Below are positions 8,964 to 19,268 of a DNA stretch of 51,284 bases, piece after piece. The notes under the pieces are model-generated. The model worked only from the letters and a program-made list of their open reading frames with translations. It did no database searches and was not told the DNA's origin. The position numbers were made by a program, and so were the translations under genes. The stretch is from Bacteroidota bacterium. GTDB taxonomy: Bacteria; Bacteroidota; Bacteroidia; Cytophagales; Cytophagaceae. Each line of letters starts with the position of its first letter. Within the stretch, counting starts at the first letter, position 1. The stretch covers positions 1-51,284 of the forward strand of contig JAEVZS010000001.1 in NCBI GenBank assembly GCA_023392125.1, given 5' to 3'.

Positions 8964-10736
8964 GTGCTTATGGGTAACCCATATATTTCCCTTCTGCGAA
9001 CGGCCTGGTCTTATGCGGGAAGGGAAAAGAGTCGCTTTGTACGTATTTACATCATGTTTGCCTTATCAAACCTGGTGGTTGCCGTAGCGCCGCTGCTCTA
9101 TGGCTGGTTTATAGACGGATTGCAGAAAGATGGACTGAAAGCGTTGCGTTTTGCCTGGATTTATGCCGCTGCTTATGTAGGGCTTAAGCTGCTCGAATGG
9201 GTTTTTCATGGCCCGGCCAGGGTAATGGAGCGTAAGCTGGCTTTTCATATCAGCAGAAATTTTATGGTGGAGCACTACCATAAAGTAGTGCATATGCCGA
9301 TGAACTGGCATCAGGACCATCATACCGGATCTACCATCAGTAAGGTAAGGAAAGGCTATGAAGCGCTGAAAGAGTTTTTTCAGAATGGCTTCCTGTACGT
9401 TTATGCTTTCGGGCGTTTTCTGTTTTCTTTCGCTGCCATGATATATTTCTCTCCGCTGTTTGGCAGTATTGCTGTAGTGCTGGGAGTTATTACCATCTTT
9501 ATTATTATTCTGTTTGATAAACCTTTTGTCCGTACTCTGAAAGAAGTCAATGAAAGGCAGCACTCAGTCATGGCATCGCTCTTTGACAGCCTTTCCAATA
9601 TCATTACTGTGATTACACTGAGGCTGGAGCGTCAGATGGAGATAAGCATGCTGGACAAGATCAACGATGTGTATCCGCCTTTTCGCGAAAATGTGGTTAT
9701 CAACGAGCTCAAATGGTTTGTTGCCCAGATCATGGTGGCGCTGATCTATGCCGTAGTGGTGCTGGGCTATGTGTATCAGCATATGGAGCCGGGCACTGCT
9801 TTTTTTATAGGAGGGCTCGTCACGCTGATTGGTTATGTCAATCAGTTTACGGGCGTCTTTAGCGATATAGCAGCTCAGTATACCAAAGTGCTACAGTTTA
9901 ATACAGAGGTAGAGGCAGCCAGAATGCTTGTAGGCAATTATAAAATGGAAGTGCTGCCGCCTTCGGCCGGAATTCCGCAAAGCTGGAATGCTGTACGTAT
10001 CAGCAATCTGAACTTTACCCATGCCTCGTCCCGGAAAGTGGCTGCGCTGACTTCTATTAACATGAAGTTCAGAAGAGGGCAGAAGGTGGCGCTGATCGGG
10101 GAGAGTGGCAGTGGCAAAAGTACTGTTCTGGCACTTCTGAGAGGCTTGTATCAGGTGCATGATGGCAGTTCGGTTATTTTTGTGGATAATCAGGAAGTGT
10201 CGTTCAGGCAGCTGGCTAATATGGTGAGCCTTTTTCCTCAGGAGCCCGAGATCTTTGAAAATACGATTCGCTATAACATCACCTTGGGGCTGGAAGTGTC
10301 TGAAGCAGAAATACTGGAAGCCTGCCACCTGGCCGGGTTCTATGAGGTACTGCAAATGCTTCCCAACGGACTGGATTCGTATATTCAGGAAAAAGGCGTA
10401 AACCTGTCGGGTGGACAGAAGCAGCGCCTGGCACTGGCCAGAGGTATTCTTGCGGCTCGTACGAGCCAGATCGTGCTGCTCGATGAGCCGACCAGCAGTG
10501 TTGATCCCCGCAACGAGTTATTGATTTATCAGGGACTCTTTGCGCAGTACTCAGACAAGATCATTATTTCATCTCTGCACAGGCTGCACCTGCTGCTCAA
10601 TTTTGATTATGTGTATATACTTGATCAGGGGCGTATACTGGATGAGGGAACTTTTTCAAGGTTAAAAGCAGAAAGCCCGATATTTCAGGCAATGTGGCAG
10701 CATCAGGAAGATGCCAAAAACGATGATCATGAATAA
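8964..10736 (+). CDS. ABC transporter, fused permease/ATP-binding protein (MsbA/exporter type)
   Basis: 590 aa. Six predicted TM helices are followed by Walker A (GESGSGKST), the ABC signature (LSGGQKQRLALARGIL) and Walker B (IVLLDEPTS). The start is a GTG at 8964 or the ATG at 8970. Confidence 0.85.
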   Translation: MLMGNPYISLLRTAWSYAGREKSRFVRIYIMFALSNLVVAVAPLLYGWFIDGLQKDGLKALRFAWIYAAAYVGLKLLEWVFHGPARVMERKLAFHISRNFMVEHYHKVVHMPMNWHQDHHTGSTISKVRKGYEALKEFFQNGFLYVYAFGRFLFSFAAMIYFSPLFGSIAVVLGVITIFIIILFDKPFVRTLKEVNERQHSVMASLFDSLSNIITVITLRLERQMEISMLDKINDVYPPFRENVVINELKWFVAQIMVALIYAVVVLGYVYQHMEPGTAFFIGGLVTLIGYVNQFTGVFSDIAAQYTKVLQFNTEVEAARMLVGNYKMEVLPPSAGIPQSWNAVRISNLNFTHASSRKVAALTSINMKFRRGQKVALIGESGSGKSTVLALLRGLYQVHDGSSVIFVDNQEVSFRQLANMVSLFPQEPEIFENTIRYNITLGLEVSEAEILEACHLAGFYEVLQMLPNGLDSYIQEKGVNLSGGQKQRLALARGILAARTSQIVLLDEPTSSVDPRNELLIYQGLFAQYSDKIIISSLHRLHLLLNFDYVYILDQGRILDEGTFSRLKAESPIFQAMWQHQEDAKNDDHE

Positions 10737-10796
10737 AAAATCCCGTAAACTGACGAGGCTTGTCAAAGCTGGTCAACTTACGGGATACCGTATCAG

Positions 10797-12773
10797 TTAT
10801 ATTTTTTCAATAATCAGGGTGATTTTGTTGAAATCTGCTGCTGCGTTGATCACCCTGCGGTAATCTTCGTACAGTCTGACCGGGAAATAAAGCTTTTTGT
10901 AGTATTCTTCTACTTCAATGATATAATGATTGCCTTCCTGTTTGTAGGAAGAAATGAACGCAATGATTTTATCATCATTTTCTTTGTAGTGGACATCCAT
11001 ATTGAGCGCTTCCGGGTTGGCGATTTTGTATCCGGCAGGCAGCTCAAACCGGATCTGGCGTCTGTAAAGACGCATAAAATCATTTTCAATATCAAGCTTA
11101 CGTTTTTCTTCCTGGTACATTTCCATTTGCGGGCCTATCAGATCGCCGACTTTGAAGAGGTATTTGTTGCCCGCTTTTTCCACAAGCTGGTCACTGGTCA
11201 GACTTGATTTTACAATAAAAGGCTTCTTGCCGAAATATTCCCGGCCGGCATTTTCTGCCTTGACGGAAGTGATTTCTGCATTGGTAATATAGTTGTGAAT
11301 GATGGCTTCATTGGTTTTCTGAACATCTTCGGGGGACATATAGGAATAATATGGCTGGAAGTAATTGGCGTAATAGCCACCCAGCTGATACTCCAGGTCA
11401 ACTACCGGATTGAGTATATTGTCGGTAAAGTTGACGGAAACATAGTGATTGCTGAAATTCCGGTCATGGTCAATAGGCGCAATATACTCAATCCGCCCTT
11501 CTGCGGATACGGATTTGGCATCGTGCTGGATTTTTTTCATAAACCAGCCGTAGTTGGCTGTATAATTGGCCGGTATATAGCCCAGACTGGACGTGACTTC
11601 AGAAGGAGAAAGAAAAACCTTCAGTTCGGGAAAGTAGAATAAGTACGCGGAAAGAAAATTGTATGCTTCAAAGTCCGGATCAAACTTGAGCTTGCTGCGG
11701 TCACTGGTGAGCACAAGCTCATAATCGATGCCTGCTTCGTTGAATATGGCTGCATACAGCTTGACCAGCCCATCCTCTGAGCCGACTTTGTTGTCCAGAA
11801 TTCCGGCAATAGTTCCAAATACAGGATTAGGATTTTCTATTACCATTATGTTGTGTTTGATGTGCTGCTCGATGGCCGAAATTTTTTCTCTGATTCCTGC
11901 ATATTGTTTCAGCTGCAGTTGCTGAACCAGCTTTTTGACTTTTTTCAATTCATTTTTCCCGGCCGAGTAGCATACATTCTTCACCAGAGGACTTGTGATA
12001 CCCGCATAAGTGATCAGATTGAATCTGCCAGACAGGCTGTTGCTTTCCAGCTTGTATATTAGTTGCTGCAGACTGGCAGTATAGGCGGATACCGCTTCCT
12101 CCTTCAGTGGCTCTATTTCAGCTGACTGAATACGTAATACGTTTTTGTCTTTTCTGGAAGTATCAGCTGTTGCCTGAGGAAGTCCGTTGTAAGATTTAAT
12201 TTTAAAGGTCAGATATAGGGGAGAGATAAGCTCAAACTCAACATTTTTTCTCAACTCGTCACTTTGGATGATTTCTCTGGTACCGGTATAGTTAACGGGA
12301 GTGTTCATCAGGTACAGGTGCTCTATTTCACTGCCTTTTTCCAGCCCTTCCAATGCAAAAAAACGATAGACAGCCCGTGTTTTTTCGTCCGTTGCCTCAC
12401 GGATATCTGCGTCAGAAAGGGTCCGGATCCTCCCGTCGGGTGTCAGCACGCGTACCTTGTGCGAAACATATTGAAACGATGAGCCGGAAGGAATATAGAT
12501 ACGGTTATTTTCGGCAATGGCCTTGTCTGAGTTGACCCTGATTACGGAGTGATGCAGAATGTACTGCGAAAGTCCGTCCGGAGTTTCATTGAAAAACTCA
12601 ACAGCCCGTTTGTCTTTCAGTACCACTACTTCCATTGCCGCTTCTTCCGGGGTCAGTTTGTACAGGGAACGGCTGCTCTCCCAGTCGTACGCCTGGTAGT
12701 CAGGGGTGTTAGCCAGGCAGAATCCTGCTGTAACTATCCAGATGAAAAGAAATCCAAAAATGTTTGCTTTCAT
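10797..12773 (-). CDS. Secreted DUF3857/DUF3858-type protein, partner of the adjacent transglutaminase-like protein
   Basis: 658 aa with a signal peptide. It is paralogous in architecture to the upstream gene but lacks a recognisable Cys-His-Asp transglutaminase core. This paired arrangement is common in Bacteroidota. Confidence 0.45.
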   Translation of the reverse strand: MKANIFGFLFIWIVTAGFCLANTPDYQAYDWESSRSLYKLTPEEAAMEVVVLKDKRAVEFFNETPDGLSQYILHHSVIRVNSDKAIAENNRIYIPSGSSFQYVSHKVRVLTPDGRIRTLSDADIREATDEKTRAVYRFFALEGLEKGSEIEHLYLMNTPVNYTGTREIIQSDELRKNVEFELISPLYLTFKIKSYNGLPQATADTSRKDKNVLRIQSAEIEPLKEEAVSAYTASLQQLIYKLESNSLSGRFNLITYAGITSPLVKNVCYSAGKNELKKVKKLVQQLQLKQYAGIREKISAIEQHIKHNIMVIENPNPVFGTIAGILDNKVGSEDGLVKLYAAIFNEAGIDYELVLTSDRSKLKFDPDFEAYNFLSAYLFYFPELKVFLSPSEVTSSLGYIPANYTANYGWFMKKIQHDAKSVSAEGRIEYIAPIDHDRNFSNHYVSVNFTDNILNPVVDLEYQLGGYYANYFQPYYSYMSPEDVQKTNEAIIHNYITNAEITSVKAENAGREYFGKKPFIVKSSLTSDQLVEKAGNKYLFKVGDLIGPQMEMYQEEKRKLDIENDFMRLYRRQIRFELPAGYKIANPEALNMDVHYKENDDKIIAFISSYKQEGNHYIIEVEEYYKKLYFPVRLYEDYRRVINAAADFNKITLIIEKI

Positions 12774-12778
12774 AATCC

Positions 12779-14704
12779 TTATAATTTGTTCAGTACCACA
12801 ACTTCCGAGTATGCTTTATTTAATTCTTTAATCATGCTATTCCAGCTTTCAAAGCTATCTGTCTTCAATAGCAGTGTATTGGTATAAATAGTCCGGGTCA
12901 TTTCAATACCGTTTTTTACTTTCCGGTAAGCTATATCAAATCCGTACCCCTCATTGGCAAATGATATATTGTCCGGAATATACCGAAGGGAGTATCCGTT
13001 TGGTATTTCGAGTGTTACGATATTTATATCCTGCTGGGTATTTTCGAGATCCATAGGATATTTACGGTCTTTCTTTATTGAAGAAGTCTGCCATAGTTTG
13101 CTCAGATGCATATTGATATACAATTCATTCCCCGCATGTTTGATATAGTCATCGATATTGAATGTGTATTCAATGGACAGAGGCTGGTCCCGGTTATAAA
13201 GGTTTTTGATCTCCAGAGAGTCAATCAGGAATTTGTTATTGCCTTTGTTGTAAAAGTCGCGTAGAACTTTGCTCCACTCCCCGGATCGGGTGCTGAGAGT
13301 ATAGGTCGAATTGATTTTTGCATAACCGCTTAAGCTGCTTTTGCCTTTGCCCAGTATTTTGTTTTGTGCAATCTGTATATTGACAGAGTCTGTAATGCGG
13401 CTTTCATCTGCAGGCAGGAGAGGTACTTTGTGTACAATAAATGTATTGCTGTCGATTCCGATCAGGGCTTCCTTCCCCTGGATAAAGGCAGTTGGCATTC
13501 CAAACGGAGTATACTGTCCGGTGGCATCCAGAAAATAATACCGGTTTCCGTGGATATAGGTACATATCATATGGTTGTCTACAGAAGGAGTGGCAACTTC
13601 AGAGTAGGCGTAAGGTATATCGCGGCTTCCGATCCAGGTCAGGTAGGAAGGAATGCCTGCGTATTCGAGCATTTTTTGTATAATGCTTGACATATCCTTG
13701 CAGTCGCCGTAACGTTTTTCGCATACCGCTCTGGCGCTGCGTGGCACAAAACCGCCCATGCCGTCCTCTATAGCTATATACTTTATATTATCCTGAACCC
13801 AGTAAAAAACTTTCCGGACTGTTTCAAGATCGGAAGCAGAACCCGCTTTTAATGAATCGGTGATTTTCTTCAATTCTTCGCTATCTTCCTTATTGGCATC
13901 CTTTACCAGTGAATGGTACCATGTATACAGCTCCTGAGTACTACCAAGAACAGTCTCGTTTTTACCTCCCGTTTTATATGATTTGATCCAGGTAAGTATG
14001 TGCGGTGTATAGTATCTGGCATCGGGAGCATCGGACTCTTTGACCAGTTTTTCAATATCATGCATTGTCCATGTATAGGTGATATTGTTGCTTTTATCTT
14101 TCTGTGTAGTAAAGCTTAGCTTTTTCTCATCCATATTGATAAGCTTCCAGTCTATTTCTACATCAGGACATACAGTAATGCTGAACTCGGCTTTCAGTAC
14201 GGGAATACCACGCTGGAAATAAAAAGATGGAAGAAAGCGGGGCTCTGTAATCTGCTTTTTGTATTTTACGTAGCTTTTGGTGCCCTGTTCCAGTTTGGGA
14301 AACAGGAAAGATACAGTTTTGCTTCCGTCGAAAAATACGGATCGGCTTAGTTTTTCCTTATGAGTAAAGTCTTTTACCTTAATCTCCCGGAATTTGTTTT
14401 TATCCGGGATCAGTGTGGCAGCCTCTATTGAAACGATATTGTCGAATTCGGAATATTCAATAGAGTGTTCAGAAAACAATCCGGCCATATTGTCAAGGTA
14501 CATCGTTTCGGAATAGCGGTCATAGCCTATGCTCAGTCTGCCTTCGGTGAGACTGATATGTATATGATCTCTGTCCTGCAGGACAACTGCCCGTTCGCCG
14601 GCAAACCTGTCCGATAATGAGCGATAGTCTGCAGACTGTTGTCCGAAACATAGGTGTGATAGGAAGAAAAAGAAAACAATGCAGAAACGAAAATCCGGAT
14701 TCAA
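12779..14704 (-). CDS. Transglutaminase-like domain protein with N-terminal DUF3857-like domain
   Basis: 641 aa with a signal peptide. A transglutaminase-core motif with the catalytic Cys context is present (YGDCKDMSSIIQKMLEYAGIPSY). There is only a 5-bp gap to the downstream paralog, suggesting an operon. Confidence 0.6.
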   Translation of the reverse strand: MNPDFRFCIVFFFFLSHLCFGQQSADYRSLSDRFAGERAVVLQDRDHIHISLTEGRLSIGYDRYSETMYLDNMAGLFSEHSIEYSEFDNIVSIEAATLIPDKNKFREIKVKDFTHKEKLSRSVFFDGSKTVSFLFPKLEQGTKSYVKYKKQITEPRFLPSFYFQRGIPVLKAEFSITVCPDVEIDWKLINMDEKKLSFTTQKDKSNNITYTWTMHDIEKLVKESDAPDARYYTPHILTWIKSYKTGGKNETVLGSTQELYTWYHSLVKDANKEDSEELKKITDSLKAGSASDLETVRKVFYWVQDNIKYIAIEDGMGGFVPRSARAVCEKRYGDCKDMSSIIQKMLEYAGIPSYLTWIGSRDIPYAYSEVATPSVDNHMICTYIHGNRYYFLDATGQYTPFGMPTAFIQGKEALIGIDSNTFIVHKVPLLPADESRITDSVNIQIAQNKILGKGKSSLSGYAKINSTYTLSTRSGEWSKVLRDFYNKGNNKFLIDSLEIKNLYNRDQPLSIEYTFNIDDYIKHAGNELYINMHLSKLWQTSSIKKDRKYPMDLENTQQDINIVTLEIPNGYSLRYIPDNISFANEGYGFDIAYRKVKNGIEMTRTIYTNTLLLKTDSFESWNSMIKELNKAYSEVVVLNKL

Positions 14705-15042
14705 GTCAGATAGTTTAAAGTTTAGAGAAAATAATGTCAGATTTGTCAGCCTGATTTAATGATATAAATATAACAATGAATGTCTTTGAAGCTTGTGTTC
14801 CGGCGGAAATTTAATTTTATTTCCCGGTTTTTCTGCTATGCTCCGGATCTGGTTATGTTTCAGAATGCCTGGGTTCTGCTTACCGGTTGCGGCGTACATG
14901 CGTCTGCCTTTAAACCGGTCTGACTTGTTACTGATGTTTTTTTGACTTAAGGATAAAATGTTGTTTTTTTATAGTGTTGATTTCTAAAATATTGATTAAG
15001 CTATGGAGTTGTTAGGGTATGCAAATTTTAATCAGAAGATGA

Positions 15043-16554
15043 ATGTCCCAGCGTATAAATGAGCTCGAAAAGGAAATTGAACAATTAAAAGCCGAAAATA
15101 AGCGTCTCAGTCGGGTGGAGACTGATATTTATAAAATGCTTTTTGATGCTTCACCGGATATTATCATACAGGTTGATACAGATTGCAGGATTCTGAAAAT
15201 ACATTTACCTGACTATTCGGAGGATCAGTTAGTTGATCTAATAGGAAAGGATATTTTTGAAGTTGCTCCGCCGGAGCACCACTTTAAAATAGAAAGGGCG
15301 CTGAACAAAGTATTTACAACCGGAGAGCCGGTACACTATGAAACAGAAGGTATGGTTCTGGGTAGTTATAAATATCTGATGAATTATGTGTCTCTTTTGC
15401 CAGCCTCGGATGGGAGAGCGCCTTCTGCCTATTTTTTAATCCGGGAGATTACCATGCAAAAACTTTCGGAGAAAAGAAACCGGGAAAATGACAGAAAGCT
15501 CAAAGTGCTTTTTGAAAGCTCTAAGCATATCCACATTCTCCTGGATCTGAACGGAGAGATTACATGGTTTAACCAGCAGGCGAATCTCTCCGCCATTACT
15601 TTTTATGGTAAAGAACTGAAAAAAGGAAAAAACGTAACCAGATATCTTTCCGGGTATCTTCTCAAGCAGTTTGATGAATATTATGATAGGGCCAGAGAAG
15701 GAGAAACTGTCAGTTTCTATCAGAGTCATATAATCGGACCTGAAGAACAGTGCTATCTGGAGGTATTGCTCCAACCTATAAAAGAAAGCGGAAAACTGAC
15801 ACGAATTTCGCTGGTTGGTGTAGATATTACCGAATTGAGAAAAAAAGAAAATAAACTGGTAAAAATTAATGAAGAGCTCATTTTGCAAAATCAGCAGCTA
15901 AACCAGTTCTCTTATGTGATTTCTCATAATTTGCGCGGGCCCATAGTCACATTGCTTGGTCTTATTAATGTGATTGAGGAATATAACGATGATATGCATC
16001 TCAAGGAGGAGATGTTTATTCACATTAAAAAAACTGCGCTGAATCTTGATACCGTTATTAAGGATTTAAATTTGCTGCTTTCTCAAAACGGAGATCATGC
16101 TCAAATAAAAAGTCTGGTTTCTCTGGAAGATGAAATAAAAATGGTAAAGAATTTACTGAAAACGCAGATAGAAGAATCCAATGCAATACTTGTTTATGAT
16201 TTTGACGAAGTGCCTGTTATTTATTCTGTTACCAATTATATTCGAAGCATATTTATTAATCTTATTTCAAATTCAATTAAATACAGGAAGCCGGATAGTG
16301 CAGTTTTCATTGGTGTCCGAAGCCAAAAGGGAGATAATGATAAAACAGAGCTTATTTTTGAAGATAATGGGCTGGGGATTGATCTGGAAGCCAATGCGCA
16401 CAAAATTTTCGGGATGTATAAGCGATTTCATAATCATGTGGAGGGAAAAGGATTAGGCTTGCATCTTGTGAAAAATCAGGTTAGTATGATGAATGGAACA
16501 ATTGAAGTACAAAGCAAAGTAAATGAGGGGACATGCTTTCGGATTATACTATAA
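15043..16554 (+). CDS. PAS-domain sensor histidine kinase (cytoplasmic)
   Basis: An N-terminal coiled coil and PAS-like regions are followed by an H-box (FSYVISHNLRGP). The HATPase_c domain shows N/G boxes (NLISNSIKY, DNGLGID, GKGLGLHLV). Confidence 0.8.
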   Translation: MSQRINELEKEIEQLKAENKRLSRVETDIYKMLFDASPDIIIQVDTDCRILKIHLPDYSEDQLVDLIGKDIFEVAPPEHHFKIERALNKVFTTGEPVHYETEGMVLGSYKYLMNYVSLLPASDGRAPSAYFLIREITMQKLSEKRNRENDRKLKVLFESSKHIHILLDLNGEITWFNQQANLSAITFYGKELKKGKNVTRYLSGYLLKQFDEYYDRAREGETVSFYQSHIIGPEEQCYLEVLLQPIKESGKLTRISLVGVDITELRKKENKLVKINEELILQNQQLNQFSYVISHNLRGPIVTLLGLINVIEEYNDDMHLKEEMFIHIKKTALNLDTVIKDLNLLLSQNGDHAQIKSLVSLEDEIKMVKNLLKTQIEESNAILVYDFDEVPVIYSVTNYIRSIFINLISNSIKYRKPDSAVFIGVRSQKGDNDKTELIFEDNGLGIDLEANAHKIFGMYKRFHNHVEGKGLGLHLVKNQVSMMNGTIEVQSKVNEGTCFRIIL

Positions 16555-16584
16555 AAAAAGCCGTTTGAGACAAACGGCTTTCTG
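16553..16584 (+). terminator. Intrinsic terminator after the PAS histidine kinase
   Basis: AAAAAAAG-CCGTTTG-agaca-CAAACGG-CTTTCTG: a hairpin immediately after the stop codon. Confidence 0.55.
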
Positions 16585-17063
16585 AAAGATCTGATTCGGT
16601 GCTCGTGTATTATTACAAGCCGAATTAATTCTCAATTATTAATTATACAATTAAAAAATATGACTGAATATTATTTAAATAAACAATATTTTGAATAGTT
16701 GACAATATGCAGCAATTAGCCTTTAATTGCTTTTGGTCGTATTGTTCCCTTTTGAGGTTGAAACCTTGAACTGTGAATTGGCAGCTTTTGCTTGTTCCTG
16801 CTTTTTCATTCTTTCTTTGTGCTGATAATAATCAGAAATTGGTGTTCTTGATCTCACGGTCATAAAAATTTATACTTTTAGAAATTAAACGAATTATTAA
16901 AATAAAAGGTTTTAGGAAAATACCGGTTCTTTCCGGATTTTAACCGATTTATCTCTGGTTGAAAGACCTCTGTTTATATAATTCTTATTAAATGAATTTG
17001 TTATAAAACTTCTGATTTATTATTTAAGTTCCGATTTTTATCAGAAAAGGATGAAGTAAAAAA

Positions 17064-17573
17064 ATGAATGATTCAACAGAGAATATGGTGGATGATCAAA
17101 TAGTAATTGAGGCAGATTTGGACAGTGATCTGCATTCGGAGGCGATCCTGGATCTGATGAACGAATATACGCTGGATATAATGGGTGGCGGGAAGCCTCT
17201 GTCTGAGGATGTGGCCATGAGACTATTGCCGGCCTTGAGAAAACGCAGGGATGCATATGTTTTTCTGGCTTTTGTCAATTCGGAGCCTGCCGGTATGGCG
17301 ATTTGTTTTGAGGGTTTCTCGACTTTTGCTGCAAAGCCATTGATTAATATTCATGATTTTATCGTGAAAAATGAATTCCGGGGGTGGGGGATAGGCAGGA
17401 AGATTATGGAAAAGATAGAGGATAAGGCTGTCGAAACAGGCTGCTGCAAAATAACGCTGGAGGTGCTCGAAGGAAATAAGCCGGCTATAAGTTTGTATAA
17501 ATCAGCTGGTTTTTCAAATTATGAGCTTGATAAATCGATGGGGAAAGCGGTTTTTATGGAAAAAAAGCTGTAG
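17064..17573 (+). CDS. GNAT family N-acetyltransferase
   Basis: 169 aa. GNAT motif A is present (RGWGIGRKIMEKIEDKAVETGC). Confidence 0.7.
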   Translation: MNDSTENMVDDQIVIEADLDSDLHSEAILDLMNEYTLDIMGGGKPLSEDVAMRLLPALRKRRDAYVFLAFVNSEPAGMAICFEGFSTFAAKPLINIHDFIVKNEFRGWGIGRKIMEKIEDKAVETGCCKITLEVLEGNKPAISLYKSAGFSNYELDKSMGKAVFMEKKL

Positions 17574-17596
17574 CAGGGTATGCTGCCACAGGGTTA

Positions 17597-19162
17597 TTAA
17601 GGAAGATAGCTGCCCGCAAGTCTGGAAAAAGCAGATACTTCCTTTTCAATCCAGTCCGTATCTTTTCCCAGTATTTCTGCCATAATTCGGGCAACTTCCG
17701 GAGCTATACTCAGAGCGGCTCTGGTATCCATAAACAAAAGTCTTATACGGCGGGCCAGGAAATCTTCTATACAGACAGCCATTTCCTCTCTGACAGCCCA
17801 CACAACTTCTGCACAGGTGTAAGGATAATCCGGATGCAATTGCCGCGAAAGCTTGTCGCTGTTTCCGGAAAGCGCAGTAATTTTTTCTGCATCAGATCCA
17901 TAAGCCTTTAAATGATCAGGGTAGCCCGCACTGACAGATGTATAACCATGTATTTTTAGATCTCTGGTGATACATGCAGCCTTCTGCAGTTTTCCGATGC
18001 GTATGGCTTTGTCTACAGTATCTTCAGCCATTTTTCGGTATGTAGTCCATTTACCTCCTGTTATGGTCAGTAATCCGCTTGGAGATACGATAAGTTTGTG
18101 TCCTCTGGATATTTCTTTGGTTTTCTGATCGTTGTTGTGAGGAATTGCCAGAGGGCGTAATCCGGAGAACACGGAAAGTATATCGGAGATCTGTGGTTTT
18201 TTAGTCAGGTATTTTCCAAGATTGGACAGGATGAAATCAATTTCCTGTTTGCTGGCCACCGGTTCCTCGGAATGTTGATTTACAGGAATATCGGTAGTGC
18301 CTGCAAGTACTTTACCATGCCATGGTACGGCAAAAAGAACACGTCCGTCGTCGGTTTTGGGAAGCATCATGGCCTCTTTGCCCGGGAAAAAGGATTGATC
18401 GAGTACAATATGAGTGCCCTGACTTGGCCGGATGGTCGGTTTTTTGCCGGGACTGTCCATCTGTAATATGGAATCCGTAAAAACTCCGGTTGCATTGACA
18501 ACCACTCTTGCTTTGAGAGTATAAGCCATATCGGATATAAGGTCCCTGGCATAAACGGTATCAATAGCTCCCTTGCCTGATTTGGCGAGACCTGTTACTT
18601 TCATATAGTTAACCGGAAACCCACCGGCTTCTGAACAGGTTTGTGCGAGGCTGATTGCCAGCCGGGTATCATCAAACTTCCCGTCGTGGTAAACGATTCC
18701 GAAACGAAGTCCCTGCTGCTGAATGGCTGGCAGTAATCGTATAGTTTCCTGTCGGTCGATAATTTCTGATTTACCCAGACTTAGATTGCCTGATAACCAG
18801 TCATAAAGCTTTAGTCCGAACGCATAGTAAAACATCCGGAAAAATGAATATACCGGAATGACAAAACGTTGATTGGTAGTGAGATGAGGAGCGTTTTTAA
18901 GAAGTATTCCCCGTTCTTTCAGAGCTTCCAGAACGAGCTTCAGGTTTCCCTGCTCAAGGTATCTGACACCGCCGTGGACCAGCTTGGTACTGCGGCTTGA
19001 TGTTCCTTTGGCAAAATCCGACTGCTCGAGCAGCAGAGTCCTGAATCCCCGTGAGGCAGCATCGACAGCAACTCCCAAACCGGTAGCGCCTCCGCCTATT
19101 ACTATGATATCCCACTGCCCGTTGAAGGATCTTAAATAATTCAGATTTGCCTCTCTGTTCAT
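17597..19162 (-). CDS. glpD: FAD-dependent glycerol-3-phosphate dehydrogenase
   Basis: An N-terminal FAD fold (DIIVIGGGATGLGVAVDAASRG) and overall GlpD-like length and organisation. It is divergently arranged with a glycerophosphodiester phosphodiesterase. Confidence 0.8.
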   Translation of the reverse strand: MNREANLNYLRSFNGQWDIIVIGGGATGLGVAVDAASRGFRTLLLEQSDFAKGTSSRSTKLVHGGVRYLEQGNLKLVLEALKERGILLKNAPHLTTNQRFVIPVYSFFRMFYYAFGLKLYDWLSGNLSLGKSEIIDRQETIRLLPAIQQQGLRFGIVYHDGKFDDTRLAISLAQTCSEAGGFPVNYMKVTGLAKSGKGAIDTVYARDLISDMAYTLKARVVVNATGVFTDSILQMDSPGKKPTIRPSQGTHIVLDQSFFPGKEAMMLPKTDDGRVLFAVPWHGKVLAGTTDIPVNQHSEEPVASKQEIDFILSNLGKYLTKKPQISDILSVFSGLRPLAIPHNNDQKTKEISRGHKLIVSPSGLLTITGGKWTTYRKMAEDTVDKAIRIGKLQKAACITRDLKIHGYTSVSAGYPDHLKAYGSDAEKITALSGNSDKLSRQLHPDYPYTCAEVVWAVREEMAVCIEDFLARRIRLLFMDTRAALSIAPEVARIMAEILGKDTDWIEKEVSAFSRLAGSYLP

Positions 19163-19268
19163 GTAATGAAAACTTATGGCTATATTACACAGGAAAACGT
19201 TTTATTCCAACTATATTCGAAATTCCTGATTGTCTTTGTACCTGAATTGATTAAAGGAAGAATGCTAT

